A program made the translations under genes and the position numbers. The notes under the pieces are model-generated. The model was not told where the DNA came from. It ran no database searches and saw only the letters and a program-made list of their open reading frames with translations. From contig JAHFQW010000004.1 in assembly GCA_023259115.1 (NCBI GenBank), forward strand, positions 12,768 to 76,767: a stretch of DNA of 64,000 nt. Reading direction: 5' to 3'. Positions 52,478 to 61,303 of the stretch are shown in pieces. Numbering within the stretch: the stretch's first letter is position 1; every line of letters starts with the position of its first letter. The stretch is from an archaeon. GTDB taxonomy: Archaea > Nanobdellota > Nanobdellia > Woesearchaeales > GW2011-AR9.

Positions 52478-54235
52478 CTACTCCACCACTGCTTTAATCC
52501 TTCGAACCCCTGCAGCACACGCTTCTTCTTTTAAAATCTTAAATGTTCCTATCTGCCCCGTATGTTCTACATGCGGACCCCCGCAAAACTCTTTGGAATA
52601 ATCCCCCACAACATACACCGACACACGATCAGGATACTTCACCCCAAACTCCGCCTGCGCACCCAACTTCTCCGCATCTGCTTTAGCCATCTCTGTACGC
52701 ACAACCCCAAGATCAAGCCCAATCACTCGATTCACCTCATTCTCAACTCTCTTCACTTCATCTGCGGTCAATTTTCGTTCAAAACTAAAATCAAAACGCA
52801 ATCGCTCCGGTGTAATATTCGAACCACGTTGATGAATATCTTTAGAAATCACCCGTCGCAAAGCCTCATTCAATAAATGCGTTGCCGTATGCATCCGCAC
52901 AACCACTTCTGAAGTATCCGCAAGTCCTCCTTTAAACTTCTTCTCCGCACCCACTCGAGATAACTCTTTATGCTTTTCATATTCTGCTAAAAACTCTTTG
53001 ACATCAACAGAAATACCCTTCTCCTGCGCCAACTCTTCTGTCATCTCCAGAGGAAAACCGTATGATTGAAACAACAAAAACGCATTTACCCCACTAATTG
53101 CACCTAACACCACCATCTTCTCAAACTCTCGCAGCCCATTCTCAAGTGTCTTCTCAAACTTCTCTTCCTCTTTATGCAACTCATCCAAAATTTGTATTTT
53201 ATTCATCTCAAGTTCCGGATACATCTCACCATAATCACAAATCACCACTTGCGCAACCTCTCTCAAAAACAATCCCGAAATACCAACCATCTTCCCATAT
53301 CGTATCATCCGTCGAATTAAACGCCGTAGAATATATCCTCGATCAACATTTGATGGCAGCACCGCATTCTCATCTCCTAACACAAACACCGCCGCTCTGA
53401 TATGATCCGCAATAATTCTCATCTCTCGTAAATATTGAGCATACTTCTTCCCACTCAACTCCTCAATTTTAAAAATCAACCCAGAAAATAAATCCGTTTC
53501 ATACGCACTCTTCTTACCATTCAATAGAGCCAATGTTCTCTCTAAACCCATACCTGTATCTACATTCTTTCGAGTAAGCGCAACAACCGACCCATCAGCT
53601 AATTTATTATAGCACATAAACACATCATTCCAAATCTCCACCCATCGAGTATCCTGCGCATCAAACTTCTCTGGCGCATCTCCTTCGCCCTTCCAGTAAA
53701 ACATCTCAGAACTCGGCCCACAAGGGCCAGTATCACCTGCAATCCAGAAATTATCTTTTCCTAAAAACGCAATTCGCTTCTCCGCCACTCCCAAAGACCG
53801 CCACATCGCATAAGATTCTTCATCACGTGACACATTTTTATCACCCTCATACACGGTAAACGCCAGCATTTTAAGTGGAATATGCAGCCACTCTTTCCCC
53901 GTCAAAAATTCAAAACTCCACATAATTGCTTCTTTCTTAAAATAATCTCCCAAAGACCAATTTCCCAACATCTGAAAAAACGTATGATGGGTATTATCCC
54001 CAATATTCTCAAAATCAACCGTACGTAAACATTTTTGCACATTCACTAACCGCATCCCTAATGGGTGAGACGTACCAGATAAATAAGGTACAAGTGGCTG
54101 CATCCCCGCCGTATTAAATAACACACTCGCATCATTGCTTGGAATCAACGACGCTGATGGAATAATCGCATGCCCTTTTGACGTAAAAAACTTCAAATAC
54201 AAATCCCGCAGCTCTTTAGCTTTCATCATAACCAT
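52478..54235 (-). CDS. alaS: alanine--tRNA ligase, short bacterial-type form (585 aa) lacking the C-Ala domain
   Basis: FTSKGHAIIPSASLIPSNDASVLFNTAGMQP, WSLGDYFK, the editing-domain HTATHLLNEALRRV motif and the CGGPHV Zn site. Confidence 0.85.
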   Translation of the reverse strand: MVMMKAKELRDLYLKFFTSKGHAIIPSASLIPSNDASVLFNTAGMQPLVPYLSGTSHPLGMRLVNVQKCLRTVDFENIGDNTHHTFFQMLGNWSLGDYFKKEAIMWSFEFLTGKEWLHIPLKMLAFTVYEGDKNVSRDEESYAMWRSLGVAEKRIAFLGKDNFWIAGDTGPCGPSSEMFYWKGEGDAPEKFDAQDTRWVEIWNDVFMCYNKLADGSVVALTRKNVDTGMGLERTLALLNGKKSAYETDLFSGLIFKIEELSGKKYAQYLREMRIIADHIRAAVFVLGDENAVLPSNVDRGYILRRLIRRMIRYGKMVGISGLFLREVAQVVICDYGEMYPELEMNKIQILDELHKEEEKFEKTLENGLREFEKMVVLGAISGVNAFLLFQSYGFPLEMTEELAQEKGISVDVKEFLAEYEKHKELSRVGAEKKFKGGLADTSEVVVRMHTATHLLNEALRRVISKDIHQRGSNITPERLRFDFSFERKLTADEVKRVENEVNRVIGLDLGVVRTEMAKADAEKLGAQAEFGVKYPDRVSVYVVGDYSKEFCGGPHVEHTGQIGTFKILKEEACAAGVRRIKAVVE

Positions 54236-54297
54236 AATTACAAACTAACATCTCAACAGATTTTTAATACTTTCGGCAAAATAATTTTTCCATACCC

Positions 54298-55581
54298 CTA
54301 AACTCTAACAAGTACCCCTCTCAACTCCATCTTCCCCCCTGGTTTAATTCTCACCGTCACAAACTCCCCTATTCGACAATTCCCCTCCACAACCACCAAC
54401 TTATACGCCGCAGTTCGTCCAATCCACTCCCTCTCATTCTTCTTGTCTGAAATAAATACTCGACCCTGCCATCCCCACCACTTCTCATTACGTAAAATCA
54501 TGCCATTATGAAACACCTCATAGAGCACCGCTGCTCGTTTACGAACCTCATCAGCATCTTTAGCCGCACTCGAAATCGTTGCCACCACCATCTCATCTGG
54601 AACTATTGCACGAATCATAGACAGCGTCTTAAAATGATCATCCTCCGTTTCATCCGGAAACCCTACCAACACAGAAGTCGAAATGACCGCATCAGAAAAT
54701 CTCCATCGAAACTTATTCACAACATCCGAAAAATCCTCCGCCCCATACGAAAATCCGCAGTTCTGCAAAATCCGCGTACTCCCACTAAACAGCGGCACAT
54801 TCCAATAACGATACAACTTCTCGCTGGTATACACATTAATTAATTCATCACCAAACCCTCGCATCCCCTCCACACTCATCCGCTCAACCAACACATTAAA
54901 ATCCCCTGGGACCCGCACCACTTCTCGCAGCAATCGCGCAAGATTTATCCCAATATCTTTGCCATACTGCGCACAATCAACCGAACTCAACATGATCTCA
55001 CGCGCCCCCGCCTCTACCGCCACTCTCACGGCATTGCAAATCTCCTCAATCGGATACGAAACAAGCTGTCTTGGCCCTCGACGTTGCGACAAAAAAACAA
55101 ACAAATCATAACATCCCCGCGTAATTGGAATTATTTCTACAAAACTCTCTTCACTCCATTTTCTCCCAAGCAACAACGACGGCATCTCATCACGCTGTAA
55201 ATAATTCAATTTATTGTCATGCAATAACTCTTCCACCACCTCCACAATATGATGAAACTTACGTGACGACACTAAACAATATCCTCGCAATCTCTCCACC
55301 TGTGTATGATCAAAACACCCAACCACAATAACCATTTTATAGGGATATTCCTTCTTTAATCTCTCAATCTGCTCAAAAAAGTCCCTCTCCGTATCCATAG
55401 TAACTAAACACACCGAATAAATCAGAACATCCGCTTTCTCAACCTCTAAAGCACACCCAAACTTTGCCTCCATAAGCAACCCCGTCATCTGCTGCGCATC
55501 CGCAATCGTATGGCTATTTCCCAGAGCCACAATCTGAAATGAAGTCATAGCCCTCTTCAAGACATCTCCATATATAAACAT
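54298..55581 (-). CDS. MiaB/MtaB-like methylthiotransferase homologue with a degenerate radical-SAM cysteine motif
   Basis: MTTase N-domain (YSVCLVT, VVGCFDH), radical-SAM core backbone (SYPIEEICNAVRVAVEAGAREIMLSS, WNVPLFSGSTRIL) and TRAM-like C-terminus. The CxxxCxxC site reads RGCYDLFVF and the first N-domain Cys is GNSHT. Confidence 0.6.
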   Translation of the reverse strand: MFIYGDVLKRAMTSFQIVALGNSHTIADAQQMTGLLMEAKFGCALEVEKADVLIYSVCLVTMDTERDFFEQIERLKKEYPYKMVIVVGCFDHTQVERLRGYCLVSSRKFHHIVEVVEELLHDNKLNYLQRDEMPSLLLGRKWSEESFVEIIPITRGCYDLFVFLSQRRGPRQLVSYPIEEICNAVRVAVEAGAREIMLSSVDCAQYGKDIGINLARLLREVVRVPGDFNVLVERMSVEGMRGFGDELINVYTSEKLYRYWNVPLFSGSTRILQNCGFSYGAEDFSDVVNKFRWRFSDAVISTSVLVGFPDETEDDHFKTLSMIRAIVPDEMVVATISSAAKDADEVRKRAAVLYEVFHNGMILRNEKWWGWQGRVFISDKKNEREWIGRTAAYKLVVVEGNCRIGEFVTVRIKPGGKMELRGVLVRV

Positions 55582-55625
55582 TTATCCACACAAGAATAAT
55601 CATATTACAATCCATAACCGTCATA

Positions 55626-57071
55626 TTGCAATCCACAAATCTTAAAAAACAAGCCCTCAAAACGAATTACATGACCCGTGGCATCATCGAAAAATGGGGT
55701 GGCACATCTCTTGCCACAGCACAACAAGACCTTCTTGCCCTAGAGCATACCCTCACCACCCACCAACCTGACAGCTACACCATTTTCGTTCCCTCCGGTC
55801 CTGGAAAAACAAATAACACCAAAGAAGGCAGAAAAGCAACCGATCACGCCTACGATATTGTCAACAACATCAACCGCGATACAGAATGGCACATCCTCAC
55901 ACAAATCCTTCAAAAAAAAATCAATGACCACAACTTGCCCAAAGAAACCCTTGACTCACTCCTAACAGAAATATCAACCATTCTCCAAAGCGCAAACATA
56001 GATCAACAAGCGCAAGCAAAAATAATTGGTGTACCCGAACGCGCCCAAGCAAAAATAATATATGAACTAGGTATCAGAAATTACCCTCAATACTCCTTCG
56101 CCCTTCTCGACTACAACCAAAATGGCATGATTGGCGATTCCTCATGTTCCTCAAATCGTGATGTACCAATAGACCACCATAACACACTCAAAACCATTGC
56201 ACAACAAATCAAAACGCACAACCTCAAAGGAAAAATCGCCATCGTCCCCGGCTTCATTGGCACAAAATCTGGCACAGATCAAATGGTCACTCTAGAACGT
56301 GGCACGTCCGATGGCACCGCCACCTATTACGGAGCAGCTTTATATGCAGACGAAGTACGTATCTTTAGCGACCAAAACGGCATTCTTCCCGTAGACCCAG
56401 ATATAATAGACAACCTCACCCCATTAAAAGAATTAACCTATCGCGAAGCTGAAGCATTTGCCGGCCTAGGCGCAAAAATCATCAACGATGTAGCCATCCG
56501 TCCTGCCAAAGAGCGCGGCATACTCGTGAGAATTCTCAACAGCCTAGATCTCACCCAGCAAGGCACAAACATTCGTGCCAACCCCTCAACCGACCACTAC
56601 GGAGTCAAAGCCATTGCGAACGTTCCCGGATACCAATTAATAACCGTACATGATATGCGCATGAACCAAAAAGGCATCGCCGCCAAAGTATCCTCCCTCT
56701 TCGCAGACTACGACCTAAGTATTGACGCTGAAAGTGATGGTGACTCTTGCCGCACGTATGCCATTATCCCAAACGACAACACCTCAAAATTAATCAACCA
56801 ACTCGCATCCCTCGAACATCGTACAACCATCATCAATCGCATGGCCCGCATCGCTCTCATTGGCGAAGGCATGGAATACATTCCTCACAGTAACGCCAAA
56901 ACCGCAGACCAAATATTACTCGAAACCCTCAAAACCCAAGGCATTCCCCTAGAAATGTATACCCACACCAAAAATTCAGTTATCCGTTCATTTTTCATAC
57001 CCCAAGAACACACCCATCAAGCCATAACCCATCTTTACCGCGCTTTTGAATTCCACAGAAATGGAAAGTGA
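55626..57071 (+). CDS. aspartokinase-like amino-acid kinase with C-terminal ACT domains
   Basis: IEKWGGTS N-terminal motif and PGFIGTKSGTDQMVTLERGTSDGTATYYGAALYADEVRIFSDQNGILPVDPDII (GFIG...LGRGGSD...TDVDG...DP pattern). Two ACT-like repeats follow. Confidence 0.6.
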   Translation: MQSTNLKKQALKTNYMTRGIIEKWGGTSLATAQQDLLALEHTLTTHQPDSYTIFVPSGPGKTNNTKEGRKATDHAYDIVNNINRDTEWHILTQILQKKINDHNLPKETLDSLLTEISTILQSANIDQQAQAKIIGVPERAQAKIIYELGIRNYPQYSFALLDYNQNGMIGDSSCSSNRDVPIDHHNTLKTIAQQIKTHNLKGKIAIVPGFIGTKSGTDQMVTLERGTSDGTATYYGAALYADEVRIFSDQNGILPVDPDIIDNLTPLKELTYREAEAFAGLGAKIINDVAIRPAKERGILVRILNSLDLTQQGTNIRANPSTDHYGVKAIANVPGYQLITVHDMRMNQKGIAAKVSSLFADYDLSIDAESDGDSCRTYAIIPNDNTSKLINQLASLEHRTTIINRMARIALIGEGMEYIPHSNAKTADQILLETLKTQGIPLEMYTHTKNSVIRSFFIPQEHTHQAITHLYRAFEFHRNGK

Positions 57072-57147
57072 CCTTATTCAATAACACGTAACAGAACACG
57101 TAGCACTTTTCAAAAACAAATATCCCGAAAACTGATATCAAATAGAA

Positions 57148-57429
57148 CTAATATCGAATAGGGCTTGTAAAATAACAATCACCTTGCGGCTCGCCACGTT
57201 TCTCATGATTAAGCGCCCAACCGAAACCTCGAAGATACTGAGAATCACCTTGAAACTCTTGTGAAGAAACACGTTCAATTCCTGTAGCAATAAGCCCCAA
57301 TTCTTGCATCCTGATCATCACCGTTTGCTCATCCGTTGCAAAACAATGAATCTCTTGCCGTGAACCCCCATCATTAACCGTAACCCGAAACGAAGAACAT
57401 CTGCCAACCAGCATATCTAAACCTGCCAT
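57148..57429 (-). CDS. hypothetical protein
   Basis: 93-aa ORF. Confidence 0.3.
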   Translation of the reverse strand: MAGLDMLVGRCSSFRVTVNDGGSRQEIHCFATDEQTVMIRMQELGLIATGIERVSSQEFQGDSQYLRGFGWALNHEKRGEPQGDCYFTSPIRY

Positions 57430-57517
57430 AACAAAAGAAAGTCATAGAAATATATAAATTCTTCGAAAAAAAAGTACGCCCAAAAGATTTATATATACAT
57501 AAACATATATATACCCT

Positions 57518-57730
57518 ATGAGCGAAATAATAAGCATATCTGATGATGTATATACAGAACTCACCAGAATCAAACAACAAGAGAGCTACTCAGTTGTCAT
57601 TCGTAAACTCCTTCATAATCAAAGCAATAAAGAAAAAATCCTCTCATTTTACGGTAAAGGCGGTATCGAAAAAGAAAAAATAAAATCACTAGACAAAGAG
57701 TGGCAACAATGGTCAAAAAAATATGTCTAG
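57518..57730 (+). CDS. vapB: VapB-family antitoxin (PF02697-like)
   Basis: ISISDDVYTELTRIKQQESYSVVIRKLL. A TATA box (GATTTATATATA) lies ~25 nt upstream, so the transcript is leaderless. Confidence 0.6.
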   Translation: MSEIISISDDVYTELTRIKQQESYSVVIRKLLHNQSNKEKILSFYGKGGIEKEKIKSLDKEWQQWSKKYV

Positions 57731-58086
57731 ATTCTGACATCATTATAAACCTCCTCCATGGAGAGCCGAAAACCAAACAACTTCTAGAAAAACTAGACGC
57801 AGAATTTTTCATGACCACCATCAACTCATTCGAAATCTGGCAAGGCCGCAAAAATAACGAACTCATCTTTGAATTTTTAGAAAGTACCCCTCTTCTTGCA
57901 TTTGATCAAAAGGCCGCATTAAAAGCCGGAGATATAACCAAAGATCTCAGAAAACAGGGCAATCCCCTTGAAATACGTGATGTGTTTATAGCCGCCATTT
58001 GCATTACGCAAAACATTGAATTACTTACCCTCAACAAAAAACACTTTGAACGATTAGAAAAATATGGATTAATACTAACAAAGTAA
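57700..58086 (+). CDS. vapC: PIN-domain toxin VapC
   Basis: KICLDSDIIINLL and DVFIAAICITQNIELLTLNKKHFERL. The true start is probably the Met at 57709; it overlaps the antitoxin end. Confidence 0.7.
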   Translation: MATMVKKICLDSDIIINLLHGEPKTKQLLEKLDAEFFMTTINSFEIWQGRKNNELIFEFLESTPLLAFDQKAALKAGDITKDLRKQGNPLEIRDVFIAAICITQNIELLTLNKKHFERLEKYGLILTK

Positions 58087-58102
58087 AAGATACCACCAAA
58101 AT

Positions 58103-60832
58103 TCACAACCCCAATCTCCCCAGAATCACATCCGCATCAAACTTCTCTAAATCTGTATACTCCTGACCTACACCTAAAAATAAGATAGGCTTCTTAATTG
58201 TATATGCAATCGATAATGGCGCCCCACCTTTCTCATCCACATCTACTTTTGTTAAAATTGCCCCATCCATCTCAACCAAAGAATTAAACTGGCGTGCCTG
58301 TTCAATACAATCATTTCCCGTAATACTCTCACCTACAAAAAGCTTCAAATCTGGCTTCACCACTCGAATAATCTTCCCCAACTCCGCCATTAAATTAGTA
58401 TTCGAATGCAACCTTCCCGCCGTATCAATCAACACCACATCAATCTTATTCTTAATCGCATACTGCACCGCATCAAATGCTACTGCCGCCGCATCACTTC
58501 CATAATCCTGTTGAATCATCTTCACTCCCAGCTTTTTCGCATGTTCACCTAACTGCTGAATTGCTGCTGCCCGAAACGTATCACACGCCGCAAGCACCAC
58601 AGAAAGACCTTGCTGCTGCAAATGATACGTCAACTTCGCAATCGACGTCGTCTTCCCCGTTCCATTGATACCAAAAAACGCAATAACATACGGCTTCTGC
58701 TTTTTCGCAGCTATCCTCTCACTCAACTCTGTAGATTCAAACGCTAATATTTCGCGTAACGTCCCCTCTAGAGTTTTATGAATCTTCTCACCCACATCCC
58801 ACGGCAACGGCTTACCTACCAATTCATGGCCCAAATCAACTTTAATTTTCTCTATCACTTCAACAGAAACATTATTCTCAAGTAACGCAAGTTCCAAATC
58901 CCAAAACAACTCCTCAAACTTCTCCGAAGAAATCGTTCGAGACGTAATCGTTTCTTTAATCTTGCCAAAAATAGTCTTCTTCTGTGGTTCTTGCAAAATC
59001 TCCCCATCAACCTCTTTAACTTTAGAATCTTTAACTTTAGACACATTAAATTCAATATCACTTTTCTCAGGGAGAGAAACTGGTTTTTCTTTTATGTTCT
59101 CTTCTTGCATCCTCTCATCAAACTCTTCCTCAACATTCTTCTTAAAAGAAAACGTCTCTTTCAACTTCCCCAAAAAACTTTTTTTCTGCTCACGAACCTC
59201 TTCTCTTTGTGCAATCCCTGAAATATCTACTGTATGTTCAATAGCATAATCCCACCCTAATTGAAATGCTCTTCGTAACCTCCAATCTTGGGCAATCGCC
59301 TGCTCCCACGTTTTCTGCTTCAACAAAACATCCAATGCCAACTGCGGTGCCTGATGCGCCACAATCGCTACATGCTTCCCATAATAATTCTCAAATAGAA
59401 AATTAACAAACTCTGCCATTCTTTTCTCTACATCATGATAACTCTCCCCGTTTGGAAATGTTTCACCAACATACTCACCCATCCTCTCTTTAAACAAACT
59501 CGCTTTCTCACCGTTAAAATCGCCATAATTTGCCTCTCTCAAACGTGCATCTTCAATAATAGGAATATTTCTGTCCGGAAACATTAATTTGGCAGAATCA
59601 ACTGCTCGTTTCAAATCAGAACAAAACACCACCTCAAAATTGTGACTTCGTAATTTTATTGCTGACTCTTTTGATTGTGTAATTCCTAATATTGAAAGCT
59701 CACCAGGATTCCAACCTGTTGCGATATCCCGTTCATTATCCGTTGTTGTACCATGAACAAAATACGTAATTTTCACACCATTGATTTCTTCAGAAACATG
59801 ATCCTCCCCCGTTTCTTTCATAGTTTCTTGACTGACATCTAATGATTTATTTTTTTGAACAACCGCTTCTTTCTTCTCACCTTTTTCTCGTTTTTCCTGC
59901 TCTCTCACCTTCGCAAAATGCTCCATCTGTTGAGCTAACACACTTTTCTTATCAGACAATTTTGAAGAATGAGTAATTTCTTTTTCTTTATGATCAAAAA
60001 CGCCAACTTTAAAATCTCGTGCAAATAATTCTTCTAAAATAGCCAATCTTTTTACACCTTCACTCTCAGTCATATGAGCATAGTTCTCAAAAACTTGAAT
60101 TTCTGCAACATCCTTGAATGAATTGATGTAAAAATCTCTTATTTCATCCGTAATCCACGGATCTTTTAGACCAAAAACAAACGCCATTTCATCTACATTA
60201 TTTTTTATTTTTTTAAAATCCAATCCTCTATCTTGGAATTCTCTAAAAACACGTAATTCCTCTGAATTCAGATTCTTCCCAAATAATTTAAAATAATCTT
60301 GAGACGGTTTTGCGCCAACGGGAGCCACCATGATTAACTTTTTTACTTTATATCTCTCGGCTAATTTTAATGCCAGTAGGCCCCCCATACTATGTCCCAC
60401 CAGATTTAAGTTATCTTTATTTGCTTGAACAATCTTTTTTTCAGCAAAAGAAAACCATTTTTCAAAAGTAGGTTTATCACTATCTGGCTGGTCAAATGAT
60501 TCAGCAACATACTCTTTTTTATGTAAATATTCTTTTAATTTTGGGATAAAACCAGATTGAGAATTATCATCCCACCCATGAAAAATTAAAACATGTTCTC
60601 TTTCCTTTTTTCCACCAGATACCCCCTCATTTTTTTTAACTGGAGCAACAACCTTCTCTTCTTTTTTGACAGATTCAACTTGTTTCACAACTTGTTTCTC
60701 AACAGTTATAGGAATCTTTTCCTCAGAAACTTCTTTCTCCACTTCCCGCTGCGTAACTTCCGCCTCTTCCTCCGCCTTGCGAGAAAAAATCGACAACGCG
60801 CTCTTCAGCTTATCTTTGAATTTACCAAACAT
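58103..60832 (-). CDS. ftsY: signal recognition particle receptor FtsY, as a single 909-aa ORF. The N-terminal ~550 aa contain an alpha/beta-hydrolase (esterase) domain and a histidine-phosphatase (PGM-family) domain.
   Basis: C-terminal NG domain: IAFFGINGTGKTTSIAKL, DTFRAAAIQQL, LIDTAGRLH and TKVDVDEKGGAPLS. N-terminal part: LIFHGW...VGHSMGGLLALKLA (GxSxG esterase) and ITYFVHGTTTDNERDIATGWNPGELSILG...VFCSDLKRAVDSA (RHG-phosphatase-like). Confidence 0.8.
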   Translation of the reverse strand: MFGKFKDKLKSALSIFSRKAEEEAEVTQREVEKEVSEEKIPITVEKQVVKQVESVKKEEKVVAPVKKNEGVSGGKKEREHVLIFHGWDDNSQSGFIPKLKEYLHKKEYVAESFDQPDSDKPTFEKWFSFAEKKIVQANKDNLNLVGHSMGGLLALKLAERYKVKKLIMVAPVGAKPSQDYFKLFGKNLNSEELRVFREFQDRGLDFKKIKNNVDEMAFVFGLKDPWITDEIRDFYINSFKDVAEIQVFENYAHMTESEGVKRLAILEELFARDFKVGVFDHKEKEITHSSKLSDKKSVLAQQMEHFAKVREQEKREKGEKKEAVVQKNKSLDVSQETMKETGEDHVSEEINGVKITYFVHGTTTDNERDIATGWNPGELSILGITQSKESAIKLRSHNFEVVFCSDLKRAVDSAKLMFPDRNIPIIEDARLREANYGDFNGEKASLFKERMGEYVGETFPNGESYHDVEKRMAEFVNFLFENYYGKHVAIVAHQAPQLALDVLLKQKTWEQAIAQDWRLRRAFQLGWDYAIEHTVDISGIAQREEVREQKKSFLGKLKETFSFKKNVEEEFDERMQEENIKEKPVSLPEKSDIEFNVSKVKDSKVKEVDGEILQEPQKKTIFGKIKETITSRTISSEKFEELFWDLELALLENNVSVEVIEKIKVDLGHELVGKPLPWDVGEKIHKTLEGTLREILAFESTELSERIAAKKQKPYVIAFFGINGTGKTTSIAKLTYHLQQQGLSVVLAACDTFRAAAIQQLGEHAKKLGVKMIQQDYGSDAAAVAFDAVQYAIKNKIDVVLIDTAGRLHSNTNLMAELGKIIRVVKPDLKLFVGESITGNDCIEQARQFNSLVEMDGAILTKVDVDEKGGAPLSIAYTIKKPILFLGVGQEYTDLEKFDADVILGRLGL

Positions 60833-60838
60833 AATAAA

Positions 60839-61246
60839 TCACCGTATGTGTTCTTCCACTTCTTTATAAACTTTCATCGCTTGATTCGTCAACTGCTGCA
60901 ATATTTCTTCTGCTTCTACCAAACGTAGTGCCAATTCTTTTTTTTGCTCTTGCAACAACTCTAACACTTGACCGGAATTCTTCTCAACCACCGTATTAGC
61001 TCCCACATTCACAAGCAGCGTTGTGCTCTCCTGTAATGTTGCTTTCATAAAAATCCCATTAGCAATTGGCGCCAACACCTCTCCCCCAACTTGCGCAATC
61101 GCCAACTCCTCAATTGCCGCAGAAGATTCCTCTAGATCAACCGTATGCTGTTGCATCAGCTCCACTTGCTGTGTAATCTGTTCAATCTGCTGCTGCAGCA
61201 TCTGGAAATAAGCATATTTTTGTTGAATCTCTTCTTCACGAACCAT
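60839..61246 (-). CDS. pfdA: prefoldin alpha subunit
   Basis: Coiled coil, central beta-hairpin VLAPIANGIFMKATLQESTTLLVNVGANTVVEKN, then coiled coil. Confidence 0.7.
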   Translation of the reverse strand: MVREEEIQQKYAYFQMLQQQIEQITQQVELMQQHTVDLEESSAAIEELAIAQVGGEVLAPIANGIFMKATLQESTTLLVNVGANTVVEKNSGQVLELLQEQKKELALRLVEAEEILQQLTNQAMKVYKEVEEHIR

Positions 61247-61303
61247 TCTCTCCTCAGAATAGAGCTATTTTATAAGATTTGTGGAGAAAATAACTCTTTA
61301 ATC

